From Breznakia sp. PF5-3 (GTDB lineage: Bacteria; Bacillota_I; Bacilli_A; Erysipelotrichales; Erysipelotrichaceae): a stretch of DNA of 32,000 nt. The stretch lies in contig NZ_JAQFIQ010000010.1 of assembly GCF_029504745.1 (NCBI RefSeq), positions 30,001 through 62,000 of the forward strand. The letters run 5' to 3'. This document shows, piece after piece, positions 1-11,060 of the stretch (position 1 is its first letter; each line of letters begins with the position of its first letter). A program made the translations under genes and the position numbers. The notes beneath the pieces are model-generated. The model did no database searches, had not been told where the DNA came from, and saw nothing but the letters and a program-made list of their open reading frames with translations.

Positions 1-529
1 CATTTTCTGTTAATGAAGAAGTCGGCTCATCCAAAATCAACACCTTACTCTCTTTCATTAAACCTTTTGATATTTCAATTACTTGTTGATAAGATGCATC
101 CAATGTTCCTATTTTCACATTTGGATCAATGTTTACATCCAACTGTTGTAATATCTTAGCGGATTCTTCACGCATCTTCTTATTATCAAGAATTCCTTTG
201 TGTTTTATTTCTTGGCCAAAAAACAGATTTTCAGCAACCGTTAAATCTGGCAACAATGCTAACTCTTGATGAACAAAGGAAATCTTATCTTGTAACATAT
301 TCGTTCCATGATGTGTATGCTTTACCTCTTCACCATCATATAAAATATTTCCTGCATCGTAATCAATTACACCGCCTAAGATATTCATCAAGGTTGTTTT
401 CCCTGTTCCATTTTCTCCAAGTAATGCGTGTATTTCACCTTTTTTTAATTGAAAGTCTACGCCCTTTAATACTTTGTTGACACCATAAGACTTTTCAATA
501 TTCTGCATTTCTATAATATATTTACTCAT
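1..529 (-). CDS. Sugar ABC transporter ATP-binding protein, N-terminal part (gene runs off the left edge)
   Basis: Absent from the ORF track because there is no stop in the window. Minus-strand translation from the ATG at 529-527 reads MSKYIIEMQNIEKSYGVNKVLKGVDFQLKKGEIHALLGENGTGKTTLMNILGG (Walker A GENGTGKTT). The same frame at 61-2 reads LMKESKVLILDEPTSSLTEN (Walker B). It lies about 50 nt downstream of the binding-protein gene on the same strand. Confidence 0.85.
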   Translation of the reverse strand, partial: MSKYIIEMQNIEKSYGVNKVLKGVDFQLKKGEIHALLGENGTGKTTLMNILGGVIDYDAGNILYDGEEVKHTHHGTNMLQDKISFVHQELALLPDLTVAENLFFGQEIKHKGILDNKKMREESAKILQQLDVNIDPNVKIGTLDASYQQVIEISKGLMKESKVLILDEPTSSLTEN

Positions 530-580
530 CTCTTACACCTCTTCATATAAAAGAGCCTAATTAGGCTCTATAACTCCTGA

Positions 581-1540
581 TTAATAAGGTGAATCTGCAT
601 CTACGAAATCTTCTGCATTATCACGATTGATGATTTCTGGTGCTACATAATAATCTTTTTCAAACTTTTCACCTTTTTGAATTTTCACAGCCATTTCAAT
701 AGCATCAATAATCATTTTAGGACTATATGTTGCTGAGAATAGGTTAATCGAAGTTTCTGATTTAATCTTATTGATATAGCTTTGACTTCCTCCACATCCA
801 GACATATATTTAATATCTGTACGTCCTGCATCTTTAATTGCTTGTAAGAAGCCTAATGATGATTCATCATCAATTGAGAAAATTGCATCGATTTGTTTAT
901 TAGCTACTAATAAATCTGCTCCTGATTTCAATCCATCTTCTTGTGTAAAACTTGCAGTTGAGAATTCCACTAATTTAATATCTGGATATTTTTCTTTCAT
1001 AACCTTTTTAAAGTTATCAACACGTTCGGTACTAACAGAACCTGCACTTGGTACATTGTGAACTGCAATTGTTCCCTTTCCACCTAGCTTTTCACCTAAA
1101 TAATTCGCTACGGTTGTTCCTACTTCTGGATTATTCCCTGTTACATAAGATGTATAATCAACATCTACAATACGGTCAAATAGTACTAATTTAATCCCTG
1201 CATCTCTAATTTTCTTTGCATAGATTTCTACTTCATCTGTATGTGGTTCTAAAACGATTACAGAACAATCCATAGCAATCAAATCATCGATATGCGCTGC
1301 TTGTTCACTAACACTACTTGAAGTTAAGATTTTCGCATCCAAACCTAATTCTTTCACAGTATTTTCAGCATTATAAGATAATGCTGCTAACCAACCATGG
1401 TCTGCAGCTAGAATTGAAATACCAATAGGTCCATCGGCATTTGCTTCTTTCTTATCATCTTTCGATTCTCCTGAACTACAACCACTAATAATTAAAATAA
1501 ACGCGAATGAAACTGCTAATAATTTCTTTAAACTTTTCAT
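581..1540 (-). CDS. Sugar ABC transporter substrate-binding lipoprotein (type I periplasmic-binding-protein fold, RbsB-like)
   Basis: 319-aa ORF with a signal peptide and lipobox (LIISGC). An AAGGAG RBS lies upstream of the ATG. Sequence character matches monosaccharide-binding proteins. It sits between the oxidoreductase and ABC ATPase genes. Confidence 0.85.
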   Translation of the reverse strand: MKSLKKLLAVSFAFILIISGCSSGESKDDKKEANADGPIGISILAADHGWLAALSYNAENTVKELGLDAKILTSSSVSEQAAHIDDLIAMDCSVIVLEPHTDEVEIYAKKIRDAGIKLVLFDRIVDVDYTSYVTGNNPEVGTTVANYLGEKLGGKGTIAVHNVPSAGSVSTERVDNFKKVMKEKYPDIKLVEFSTASFTQEDGLKSGADLLVANKQIDAIFSIDDESSLGFLQAIKDAGRTDIKYMSGCGGSQSYINKIKSETSINLFSATYSPKMIIDAIEMAVKIQKGEKFEKDYYVAPEIINRDNAEDFVDADSPY

Positions 1541-1552
1541 TTATTTTCTCCT

Positions 1553-2695
1553 TTATTGTATGTCAATCCATACTTTTTTCTTATCGCTTTCCAAACAAGC
1601 GGCAACAACTTTCATAATATGATATCCATCTGCAAATGTAGCAAATGGCTTTGGACCATCATAGTCTTTGTTTTCGATTGCTTCATAAAATGCACGTATA
1701 CCATTGGTTAGTGCATCATGCCAACCTACTGGATGTCCATTTGGTAGGGTAGCAAATTTTTTAGCACCTTGAGAAACATATTTAGCATCTGCAAATACTT
1801 CTTCATTTCCCTTGTCGCGATGTCCAATCCACAATCTATCTGATTGTTCTTGTTTCCACTCCAATGCTTCTTTTTCACCTGAGATATTAATTTTCAAACC
1901 ATTCTTCTTCCCAGCACTCACCTGAGAAATTACAAACGATCCTATAAGGCCTCCTTCAAATTCTACTTGAATGACACCTCCATCTTCGTTTTGAACTATC
2001 AATTCTGTGTACTCCTCATCTGCTGATGATACTTGAGAAAAAGTACCTACTCCCTCATATCTTTTTCTTTTTTCATGAACCTTGAATAGCTTTGCATTCA
2101 CAGAAGTGATTTTTTTCGATATTACATATTCCATGATATCGAAACAATGCGATCCAATATCTGCCAATGCTCTTGATGCTCCCCCGATTGTTGTATCCAT
2201 ACGCCAATCATAGTCTGTATCAAACATTAGCCAATCTTGTAAATACTCCCCTTGTACAAACAAAGGTCTACCAAATGCTTCACTTTTCACAACCTCGTGC
2301 ATTTCTTGAACCAATAAATTTGTACGATAGTTAAAATTAACTCCAGTAATCAATTTTTTTCCATCCAACATTTCAATTAGTTCTTTTGCCTCATCAAGCT
2401 CTTTCACAAGAGGCTTTTCACTATAAATATGAAGATTTTTTTGAATTGCTTTCTTATTTACAGCAAAGTGAACATTTGTTGGTGTACAGTTATGGATTGC
2501 ATCTAACTCTTCTTTATCAAGCATTTCATTAAAATCTGTATAAATTCTTTCGCAAACACCGTTTTGTTGTAACACTTCCAAATTAGAAAGGTTATTATCT
2601 GTGATTGCTACAATTTTTACACCTGATATTCTTCCAAGCGCTTCTATATGCTGTTTACCAATGAATCCAGCACCAATAACACCTACTTTAATCAT
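1553..2695 (-). CDS. Gfo/Idh/MocA-family NAD(P)-dependent sugar oxidoreductase
   Basis: The ORF track gives 1553..2728, but a GGAGGAAGGAG RBS lies inside that extension, a few nt before the ATG at 2695. The product then starts MIKVGVIGAGFIGKQH (Rossmann GxGxxG). The family-typical EKP motif is present (HIYSEKPL). Confidence 0.85.
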   Translation of the reverse strand: MIKVGVIGAGFIGKQHIEALGRISGVKIVAITDNNLSNLEVLQQNGVCERIYTDFNEMLDKEELDAIHNCTPTNVHFAVNKKAIQKNLHIYSEKPLVKELDEAKELIEMLDGKKLITGVNFNYRTNLLVQEMHEVVKSEAFGRPLFVQGEYLQDWLMFDTDYDWRMDTTIGGASRALADIGSHCFDIMEYVISKKITSVNAKLFKVHEKRKRYEGVGTFSQVSSADEEYTELIVQNEDGGVIQVEFEGGLIGSFVISQVSAGKKNGLKINISGEKEALEWKQEQSDRLWIGHRDKGNEEVFADAKYVSQGAKKFATLPNGHPVGWHDALTNGIRAFYEAIENKDYDGPKPFATFADGYHIMKVVAACLESDKKKVWIDIQ

Positions 2696-2734
2696 AACTT
2701 CTCCTTCCTCCCCTGTAAGGGGTTTCACAATGGT

Positions 2735-2763
2735 ATTTTAGCACCGCCGAATTACAGTGTCAA
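2735..2763 (-). promoter_or_regulatory. Sigma-A-type promoter of the oxidoreductase/ABC transporter operon
   Basis: The minus strand reads TTGACA (2763-2758), 17 nt spacer, TAAAAT (2740-2735). Confidence 0.6.
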
Positions 2764-2766
2764 TAT

Positions 2767-2778
2767 ATTTACGTAAAT
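2767..2778. promoter_or_regulatory. Candidate LacI-family operator (perfect 12-bp palindrome ATTTACGTAAAT)
   Basis: Perfect palindrome with a central CG, as in LacI/GalR operators. It lies 3 nt upstream of the -35 of the minus-strand promoter, in the divergent region next to the LacI-family gene. Confidence 0.55.
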
Positions 2779-2792
2779 TATATTATTTTTAC

Positions 2793-2828
2793 TGTAAATT
2801 TTACATTATTGACTTTTTACGTTATAAT
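2793..2828 (+). promoter_or_regulatory. Promoter of the LacI-regulator/kinase operon with an overlapping palindrome
   Basis: TTTACA (2800-2805), 17 nt, TATAAT (2823-2828). The palindrome TGTAAA-T-TTTACA (2793-2805) overlaps the -35. An extra TTTACGT half-site at 2816-2822 abuts the -10. Confidence 0.55.
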
Positions 2829-2874
2829 ATTCATACTATAGTTAAGTATTTATCAATTTAATAAGGAGGTTTTA

Positions 2875-3888
2875 ATGAAAAAAACAATCACTGTTAAAGA
2901 TATTGCAAAGGAAGCAAATGTTTCAATTGCAACTGTATCTCGTGTTTTAAATAACATTGGACAAGTAAAAAGCAGTAAAAAAGACCAAGTTTTAGAAGCT
3001 GCTAGAAAACTTGGATATAATAAAAAGAATATATCAAATACGATTGATAATTCTTCAAAATGTATTTTAATGTTTATTCCTGATTTTGAGAATCCATTTA
3101 CTAGTACTGTTATCGATGGTGTTTTAGAATCTATTAATAACCATGGTTATAAAATACTATTTGCAAGTACAAAAAATTTTAATGATTCATTAGAGGATTA
3201 TATGGATTTTTGTCAATCTTTATCCCTAGCTGGAATTATATCTTTGGCTTCGGTGAAAAATCCTGAAATCATGGAGGGATTAGGGCGTAAATTCCCAATG
3301 GTACTATGTTCAGAATACCCAGAGAACAGTGCTTTATCATTTGTAAGTATCGATGATAATAAAGCAGCAAAAATCGCTACTGAATATTTATTATCTTTAG
3401 GAAGAAACGATATTGCACTTGTAAACAATTCAACAAAGAATAAATACGCAAGACATCGTCAAAAAGGATTCTTAAGAACAATGAAAGAACATCAAATCGA
3501 TGTTCCAAGCAATTGGATTTTAAACTTATCTAGAATTGATTATTCACTTGCCTTTACCAATATTCAAAGCTTATTAAAATCACCAAATGTCCCAAATGCG
3601 ATATTTGCTGTAAGTGATGTTTATGCAGTAGCAGCAGTTAATGCTGCAAAGAGCTTAGGTTATCGTGTTCCTGAAGATATTTCAGTAGTTGGGTTTGATA
3701 ATGAATTTGTTTCTATGATGTCAGTCCCATCTGTTACAACCATCATGCAACCATCTTATAAGATTGGTTATCAATCAGCTGAATTATTATTTGACATGAT
3801 CGAAACCAAAACCATCGAACAAAAAACAATTATTTTTGAAACTGAACTAATCGTTCGAGAATCAACTGCACAATTACAGGAGAAATAA
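2875..3888 (+). CDS. LacI/GalR-family transcriptional regulator
   Basis: 337 aa. N-terminal HTH VTVKDIAKEANVSIATVSRVLNN, followed by a sugar-binding-protein-like body. AAGGAGG RBS. Confidence 0.9.
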   Translation: MKKTITVKDIAKEANVSIATVSRVLNNIGQVKSSKKDQVLEAARKLGYNKKNISNTIDNSSKCILMFIPDFENPFTSTVIDGVLESINNHGYKILFASTKNFNDSLEDYMDFCQSLSLAGIISLASVKNPEIMEGLGRKFPMVLCSEYPENSALSFVSIDDNKAAKIATEYLLSLGRNDIALVNNSTKNKYARHRQKGFLRTMKEHQIDVPSNWILNLSRIDYSLAFTNIQSLLKSPNVPNAIFAVSDVYAVAAVNAAKSLGYRVPEDISVVGFDNEFVSMMSVPSVTTIMQPSYKIGYQSAELLFDMIETKTIEQKTIIFETELIVRESTAQLQEK

Positions 3889-3894
3889 GATCAT

Positions 3895-4866
3895 ATGAGT
3901 TATATTTTAGGAATTGATGGTGGTGGAACAAAAACCGCTTACTTATTAGCTGATGAAAGCGGAAGAATCATTGACCAATATAAAGGACCAACGATTCATT
4001 ATATGCAATGTGGCTACGATGGTCTTACATCAACTATTAAAGAAGCTGTTGATTACTTCATAAATAAACAAAAGATTCATAGAGATGAAATTGCTTATTG
4101 TTTTGTTGGTGCTGCTGGATATGGTGATATTGAAGAAGATAAAGAATTTATTAAACAAGCAATTGCAAAAGGATTAGAAGGGATACCGTTTGCAGTTGAT
4201 AATGATACTTTTAATGCCCATGCAGGTGCCTTATTAGGACAAGATGGAATTTGTGTAATTGCAGGAACAGGATCCATTGGTCTAGGAGTGAACAAAGATC
4301 AATCTATTATTTGTGGAGGTTGGCATCATGCCTTTGGTGGAGATGAAGGGAGTGCCCATTGGATAGCTGAAAATTATATCCAAGAATTCACAAAACAAAG
4401 TGATTTACGTTCCCCTAGAACGTTGCTATACACTTATATGAAAGACAAATACAACTTTAATAACGATAGTGATGCCCTTCAACAATTTATCGTTGATTGG
4501 GATTATGATCGCACAAAGATTGCTTCCTTATCTAAAGATGTATATGAATTAGCTAAGAAAAAAGATAGTGCAGCACTAGCAATATTTAAAAAAGCTGCAT
4601 ATGAATTATCCTTAATTTACCGTTCAATTTATAAACAATTAGATTATCAATATAAAATTCCTGTTTCTTATATTGGTGGTGTATTTCAAAGTAAGGAATT
4701 TATCCTAGAACCATTAAAAGAATATTTACACGATTTAAACCTTGAATTTGTAACACCAAAGTTTTCAGCTGATATTGGAAGTCTTTTGATTGCATATAAA
4801 TACTTAGGTATCGCTATTGATAATACACTAGTTTCTAATCTAGAAACATTTCATAATTCATTGTAG
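3895..4866 (+). CDS. BadF/BadG/BcrA/BcrD-type ATPase, N-acetylglucosamine-kinase-like sugar kinase
   Basis: 323 aa. ASKHA phosphate-1 motif ILGIDGGGTKT, then DNDTFNAHAGA and IAGTGS motifs. It starts 7 nt after the LacI stop, so it is probably co-transcribed. Confidence 0.75.
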   Translation: MSYILGIDGGGTKTAYLLADESGRIIDQYKGPTIHYMQCGYDGLTSTIKEAVDYFINKQKIHRDEIAYCFVGAAGYGDIEEDKEFIKQAIAKGLEGIPFAVDNDTFNAHAGALLGQDGICVIAGTGSIGLGVNKDQSIICGGWHHAFGGDEGSAHWIAENYIQEFTKQSDLRSPRTLLYTYMKDKYNFNNDSDALQQFIVDWDYDRTKIASLSKDVYELAKKKDSAALAIFKKAAYELSLIYRSIYKQLDYQYKIPVSYIGGVFQSKEFILEPLKEYLHDLNLEFVTPKFSADIGSLLIAYKYLGIAIDNTLVSNLETFHNSL

Positions 4867-4983
4867 TAATAAGATTTTATTCATTAATTACAAAAGAGAT
4901 AACAATAAACAGGTATATAAAGCCTAAGATGATTTGTATCTCTTTTTATTTTATCCTAAATATTAGAGATTAATAAACTACAT

Positions 4984-5018
4984 AATAAAAAAAGACAAAG
5001 CACATGCTCTTTGTCTTT
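4984..5018 (-). terminator. Intrinsic terminator of the tRNA cluster
   Basis: 10-bp stem AAAGACAAAG (4991-5000) / CTTTGTCTTT (5009-5018) with an 8-nt loop. On the minus strand a U-run follows (the A-run at 4984-4990 on +). Confidence 0.65.
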
Positions 5019-5066
5019 CATAAATTTGATTGTCTATTTTATTTAAAATACTAATTAATAAAATAA

Positions 5067-5153
5067 TGGTCGGGCCGGGGGGACTTGAACCCCCACGAGG
5101 TTGCCCTCAACGGATTTTAAGTCCGTTGCGTCTGCCTATTCCGCCACGGCCCG
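5067..5153 (-). tRNA. tRNA-Leu (anticodon UAA)
   Basis: The reverse complement folds as a cloverleaf. Anticodon loop CTTAAAA, long variable arm, T-arm GGGGG-TTCAAGT-CCCCC, encoded CCA end. Confidence 0.9.
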
Positions 5154-5171
5154 ATTATTACTATTTAAAAC

Positions 5172-5245
5172 TGGAGGTTCCTACCAGATTCGAACTGGTG
5201 ATCACAGAGTTGCAGTCTATTGCCTTACCACTTGGCTAAGGAACC
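5172..5245 (-). tRNA. tRNA-Cys (anticodon GCA)
   Basis: The reverse complement is GGTTCCTTAGCCAAGTGGTAAGGCAATAGACTGCAACTCTGTGATCACCAGTTCGAATCTGGTAGGAACCTCCA. Anticodon loop CTGCAAC, T-arm ACCAG-TTCGAAT-CTGGT, encoded CCA. Confidence 0.9.
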
Positions 5246-5250
5246 AAAAA

Positions 5251-5333
5251 TGGTGCGCGTGAAGGGACTCGAACCCCCACGGTTGCCCGCCAGATCCTAA
5301 GTCTGGTGCGTCTGCCAATTTCGCCACACGCGC
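5251..5333 (-). tRNA. tRNA-Leu (anticodon UAG)
   Basis: The reverse complement begins GCGCGTGTGGCGAAATTGGCAGACGCACCAGACTTAGGATCTGG. Anticodon loop CTTAGGA, long variable arm, T-arm GGGGGTTCGAGTCCC, encoded CCA. Confidence 0.9.
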
Positions 5334-5345
5334 AAGTGCCATTTA

Positions 5346-5373
5346 ATTATAGCATAATCCAAACAAAATGCAA
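5346..5373 (-). promoter_or_regulatory. Strong sigma-A promoter of the tRNA-Leu/Cys/Leu cluster
   Basis: The minus strand reads TTGCAT (5373-5368), 16 nt, TGcTATAAT (extended -10, hexamer at 5351-5346). It ends about 12 nt upstream of the first tRNA. Confidence 0.65.
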
Positions 5374-5461
5374 TATTTTATATGGGATAAAACAAAAAAA
5401 TATTTTGACCTTTTCTTTTACCATTTCTTACGGTATTCTTATATAGATAGGAGCGAAAATA

Positions 5462-6229
5462 ATGAAGCAAATATTAGATGAAATGATTAAGATTGCCCAA
5501 GAGGCAGGTAAGTATATAAAAGATAACAGAGCGTTTAAAGTAATGGAAAAGTCAGGGGCTGCTAATATTGTTACAACAATGGATTTAGAAGTGCAAGAAA
5601 TGATCTTGAAAAGACTTTCTGAAATCTTACCAGAAGCAAAAGTAATTGCTGAAGAAAATGAATTTAATAATTATGATGATAGTTATGTTTGGGTTGTAGA
5701 TCCAATTGATGCAACTACTAATTATGCATACGATTGTAAATATAGTTGTATTTCTATTGCCTTACTAAATAAATTAGAAGGAGTTGCTGGTGTTGTATAC
5801 AACCCTTACCTAGATGAAACCTTCTATGCAATCAAAGGTGAAGGAGCTTATCTTAATAATAAACAATTACAAGTAAATAGCAATGATTTATCAAATTCAT
5901 TAATTGTTGTTGGTTCATCTCCTTACAAAAAATCAGAAGCTGATTATACATTTGATACATTAAAACAACTATTTTTACATGGTCGTGACATTAGACGTAC
6001 AGGCAGTGCTGTCTTAGACATCTGTTATGTAGCCTGTGGGCGCTTTGACGCTTACTTTGAGGCCAATGTTGCCCCTTGGGATTATAGTGCCTCTACTGTC
6101 ATTTTAAAGGAAGCAAATGGCATTATTGAAGCCATTGAGCCAGACGTTTGGGGGTATGGAAAATCAATTGGTTTGATTGCCGGAAATAAGAATAATTTTT
6201 CTACCTTGAAATCTTTAACAAAAAGGTGA
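5462..6229 (+). CDS. Inositol monophosphatase (IMPase/SuhB) family protein
   Basis: 255 aa. Family motifs WVVDPIDATTNY and GSAVLDICYVACGRFDAYFE. AGGAG RBS. Confidence 0.85.
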   Translation: MKQILDEMIKIAQEAGKYIKDNRAFKVMEKSGAANIVTTMDLEVQEMILKRLSEILPEAKVIAEENEFNNYDDSYVWVVDPIDATTNYAYDCKYSCISIALLNKLEGVAGVVYNPYLDETFYAIKGEGAYLNNKQLQVNSNDLSNSLIVVGSSPYKKSEADYTFDTLKQLFLHGRDIRRTGSAVLDICYVACGRFDAYFEANVAPWDYSASTVILKEANGIIEAIEPDVWGYGKSIGLIAGNKNNFSTLKSLTKR

Positions 6230-6236
6230 AAAGGGG

Positions 6237-6265
6237 TTGCCACAACCTTGTGGATATGCTATTAT
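6237..6265 (+). promoter_or_regulatory. Promoter of tRNA-Asn
   Basis: TTGCCA (6237-6242), 17 nt, TATTAT (6260-6265) preceded by TGC. It starts 8 nt after the IMPase stop and ends about 12 nt before the tRNA. Confidence 0.5.
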
Positions 6266-6277
6266 AATATAGCGTTT

Positions 6278-6353
6278 GCCTGAATAGCTCAGTTGGTAGA
6301 GCATCCGGCTGTTAACCGGCAGGTCGCAGGTTCAAGTCCTGCTTCAGGCGCCA
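6278..6353 (+). tRNA. tRNA-Asn (anticodon GUU)
   Basis: GCCTGAATAGCTCAGTTGGTAGAGCATCCGGCTGTTAACCGGCAGGTCGCAGGTTCAAGTCCTGCTTCAGGCGCCA. Anticodon loop CTGTTAA, canonical D- and T-arms, encoded CCA. Confidence 0.92.
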
Positions 6354-6363
6354 TTAGAAAGCA

Positions 6364-6397
6364 AAAACATCATATTAAATATGATGTTTTTTTGTTT
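6364..6397 (+). terminator. Intrinsic terminator after tRNA-Asn
   Basis: Stem AAAACATCATAT (6364-6375) / ATATGATGTTTT (6379-6390), followed by TTTGTTT. Confidence 0.7.
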
Positions 6398-6418
6398 GTA
6401 CACTTATAAAGCAATATT

Positions 6419-7096
6419 TTATTTTGATGCAACTATAACCAATGCATAACTATCTTTTTCATAAGGAGCATCAGAGAATCCCTTATAACTATTTATTGTT
6501 TTAAATCCTGCTTCTTTCAACATCTCTACAAGTTCATCTTTGCATAAAGGAATTAATTCAACAGCATTTTCATAGCTTTTATCTTTGGTTTTTAAAATGG
6601 TAGAAAATACAATTTTATCTTCTTTGTGAGAATAGTTTCTAACAAACGTAACTTCTTCATTTTCAATCGTTGGTAATGAAGTGATATGTTCCTCTAGGAT
6701 ACGATCATAGTTTATTATTTGAAGTACAATATTTCCATCTTCTATTTTCTTATAACAAGAATTCAAAAAAGTTTGAATATCTTTTTTAGTTGGAAGATGT
6801 ACCAATGTATTTCCAATACAATATAAACTATCATATATTTCATCATCCATATCCAACATGTTTTCGACTTTAAAATAAATTGCAGAAGCTTTCTTTTTCG
6901 CATACGCAATCATCTCTGTGTCCAAATCTATCCCTGTCACACTATACCCTTTATCATGTAACGCGATTGTATACTCACCACTTCCACAACCAACATCTAA
7001 AATTCGTTTACCATCTAAATGCTTTTCTAAAAAAGCTACGATTTGATCTTTTGCTGGAAATATTTTATCAAAATATTTCGCATATTCATGATACAT
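6419..7096 (-). CDS. Class I SAM-dependent methyltransferase
   Basis: SAM-binding motif I ILDVGCGSGEYT. The ORF track starts at GTG 7105, but the GGAG RBS (7108-7105) overlaps that codon. The ATG at 7096 (MYHEYAKYF) has proper 8-nt spacing. Confidence 0.8.
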   Translation of the reverse strand: MYHEYAKYFDKIFPAKDQIVAFLEKHLDGKRILDVGCGSGEYTIALHDKGYSVTGIDLDTEMIAYAKKKASAIYFKVENMLDMDDEIYDSLYCIGNTLVHLPTKKDIQTFLNSCYKKIEDGNIVLQIINYDRILEEHITSLPTIENEEVTFVRNYSHKEDKIVFSTILKTKDKSYENAVELIPLCKDELVEMLKEAGFKTINSYKGFSDAPYEKDSYALVIVASK

Positions 7097-7188
7097 TGCC
7101 ATCACTCCAATCTAAGTATTTGTTAAATCTATTATAATTGATTTTCTATAAAATAACATGTATTTGCTTTTGTATCATCTCGCAAATA

Positions 7189-7210
7189 AAAACCTCTTCA
7201 TAGAGGCTTT
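7189..7210 (-). terminator. Weak intrinsic terminator at the end of the PTS operon
   Basis: CCTCT (7193-7197) / AGAGG (7202-7206) stem with flanking A/T pairs and a U-run on the minus strand. The stem is short, so confidence is modest. Confidence 0.4.
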
Positions 7211-7215
7211 TATTT

Positions 7216-9696
<2,481 letters not shown>

Positions 9697-9698
9697 CT

Positions 9699-10937
9699 CT
9701 ATTCTGCTGTTGCTTCTTCTTGTTCATTCAATAACTCTTGTTTTTCAGCAATTTTAAAGAATGGATAATAACACGCTACGGAAATCAATACTAGTACTCC
9801 TGTCCAAACAGCAGTTCTAAGATCTCCACCTGACATCAAGAAACCATTAAAGATTGGTGGCGTACTCCAAGGTATTTCCACAAATGGTCTACCGATGATA
9901 TTTGCTGACATCAACAACCATGTTGACGTAATATTAATTACTGGAACTAAAATAAAGGGAATAATCATAATTGGATTAAACATAATTGGGAATCCATAAA
10001 TGATAGGTTCATTAATATTGAAAGCTCCTGGGAAGATACTAATTTTACCAAGTGTCTTATGAACTTTTGCTTTTGAGAACAAGGCCAAGATTGTTAACCC
10101 TATCGTTGATCCAGTTCCTCCACAACACATGATTGTATACATTCCCCAAGTAACAAACCCTTCTGGTTGTGTTCCTGCTGCTACTGCTGCTGCATTTGCT
10201 TCACCATTCATTGCCATAACAGGAATTAAAAATCCAATAATAACAGCTGGGTTGATTCCACAAATAAATAATAAACACGCTAATAAAGAATATAGCAAAT
10301 ATCCTGGAAGAGTATTTAATCCATTTGCAATTGGTGAGAACAATTCTGTAATAGCTGCATTGATATCAAAATCCAAACCAATTCTAACTAACAACACCAA
10401 AGATACTGAAATTGCCAAAGCGATAATTACTGAGAATGACCCTGCTACCATTGGTGGTACACCATCTGGCATCTTAATCTCAATGTGATATTTCTTACAT
10501 AGATGAATAATATAGACACTAAAGAACCCTACGATCATTGCTGTAAACATTCCTGATGCCCCAAAAGTTGATGTATCAATAACCAAATCTGGTGTAAGCG
10601 TTGCTGCAAAGAATGATGCAACTGAAGTTGTAATCCCAAAAATAGAATCTAACTTATAATGCTTCGCCCCAAAATAACCAATCGCAATCGCTACAACCAA
10701 TCCTGATATATTTGCTGTTACTGTTGCTAGTGAACTAAAGAACGGAGCTGCTGGCTCTACCACTTTCGCAATTCCCTCAAATGGAATATTGGTCATAAAT
10801 GTACCAATTGCCCCAACAATCATCAATGGAACAATTGTCATTACTGAATTACGTAACACAATCATAAATGGTAATTGTGCAAATTTATTCGTAATTGGAA
10901 CTAATTTATTTTGCAAAAACTCTGAAAACTTCTTCAT
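9699..10937 (-). CDS. PTS lactose/cellobiose-family EIIC permease
   Basis: 412-aa polytopic membrane protein with GGAGG RBS. It sits directly upstream of IIB in the same operon. Confidence 0.9.
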   Translation of the reverse strand: MKKFSEFLQNKLVPITNKFAQLPFMIVLRNSVMTIVPLMIVGAIGTFMTNIPFEGIAKVVEPAAPFFSSLATVTANISGLVVAIAIGYFGAKHYKLDSIFGITTSVASFFAATLTPDLVIDTSTFGASGMFTAMIVGFFSVYIIHLCKKYHIEIKMPDGVPPMVAGSFSVIIALAISVSLVLLVRIGLDFDINAAITELFSPIANGLNTLPGYLLYSLLACLLFICGINPAVIIGFLIPVMAMNGEANAAAVAAGTQPEGFVTWGMYTIMCCGGTGSTIGLTILALFSKAKVHKTLGKISIFPGAFNINEPIIYGFPIMFNPIMIIPFILVPVINITSTWLLMSANIIGRPFVEIPWSTPPIFNGFLMSGGDLRTAVWTGVLVLISVACYYPFFKIAEKQELLNEQEEATAE

Positions 10938-11002
10938 TATATTTCCTCCTCTTTTTAAATAGTAATGTTTATAGAATCTGGTAGCTACATTTCTACACCT
11001 TT

Positions 11003-11059
11003 AGTATAAGCAAGATATTATCAATCCTTAAGGTATAAAAAGTCTGTATCACTATAGAC
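11003..11059 (-). promoter_or_regulatory. PTS operon promoter with upstream 18-bp inverted-repeat operator
   Basis: The minus strand reads GTCTATAGTGATACAGAC (11059-11042), 10 nt, TTAAGG (11031-11026), 17 nt, TATACT (11008-11003). The IIA promoter at 13061-13117 has the same architecture. Confidence 0.55.
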
Positions 11060-11060
11060 A

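Noticed and set aside
2696-2728. 11-aa N-terminal extension of the oxidoreductase ORF
   Set aside because: The GGAGGAAGGAG RBS lies within it, and the Rossmann fold begins at the internal ATG (2695).
5030-5239. 69-aa + strand ORF from the track
   Set aside because: It lies entirely antisense to tRNA-Leu(UAA) and tRNA-Cys. Its Pro/Gly/Arg-rich translation is just the GC-rich tRNA sequence read in frame, and it has no RBS.
10129-10488. Antisense shadow ORFs from the track (for example 10129-10488, 14413-14727, 23353-23715, 7310-7597, 9530-9757, 11071-11313, 256-480, 30097-30345, 31546-31869)
   Set aside because: Each lies fully inside a longer, motif-supported gene on the opposite strand. They have no RBS and low-complexity or hydrophobic translations typical of antisense frames.
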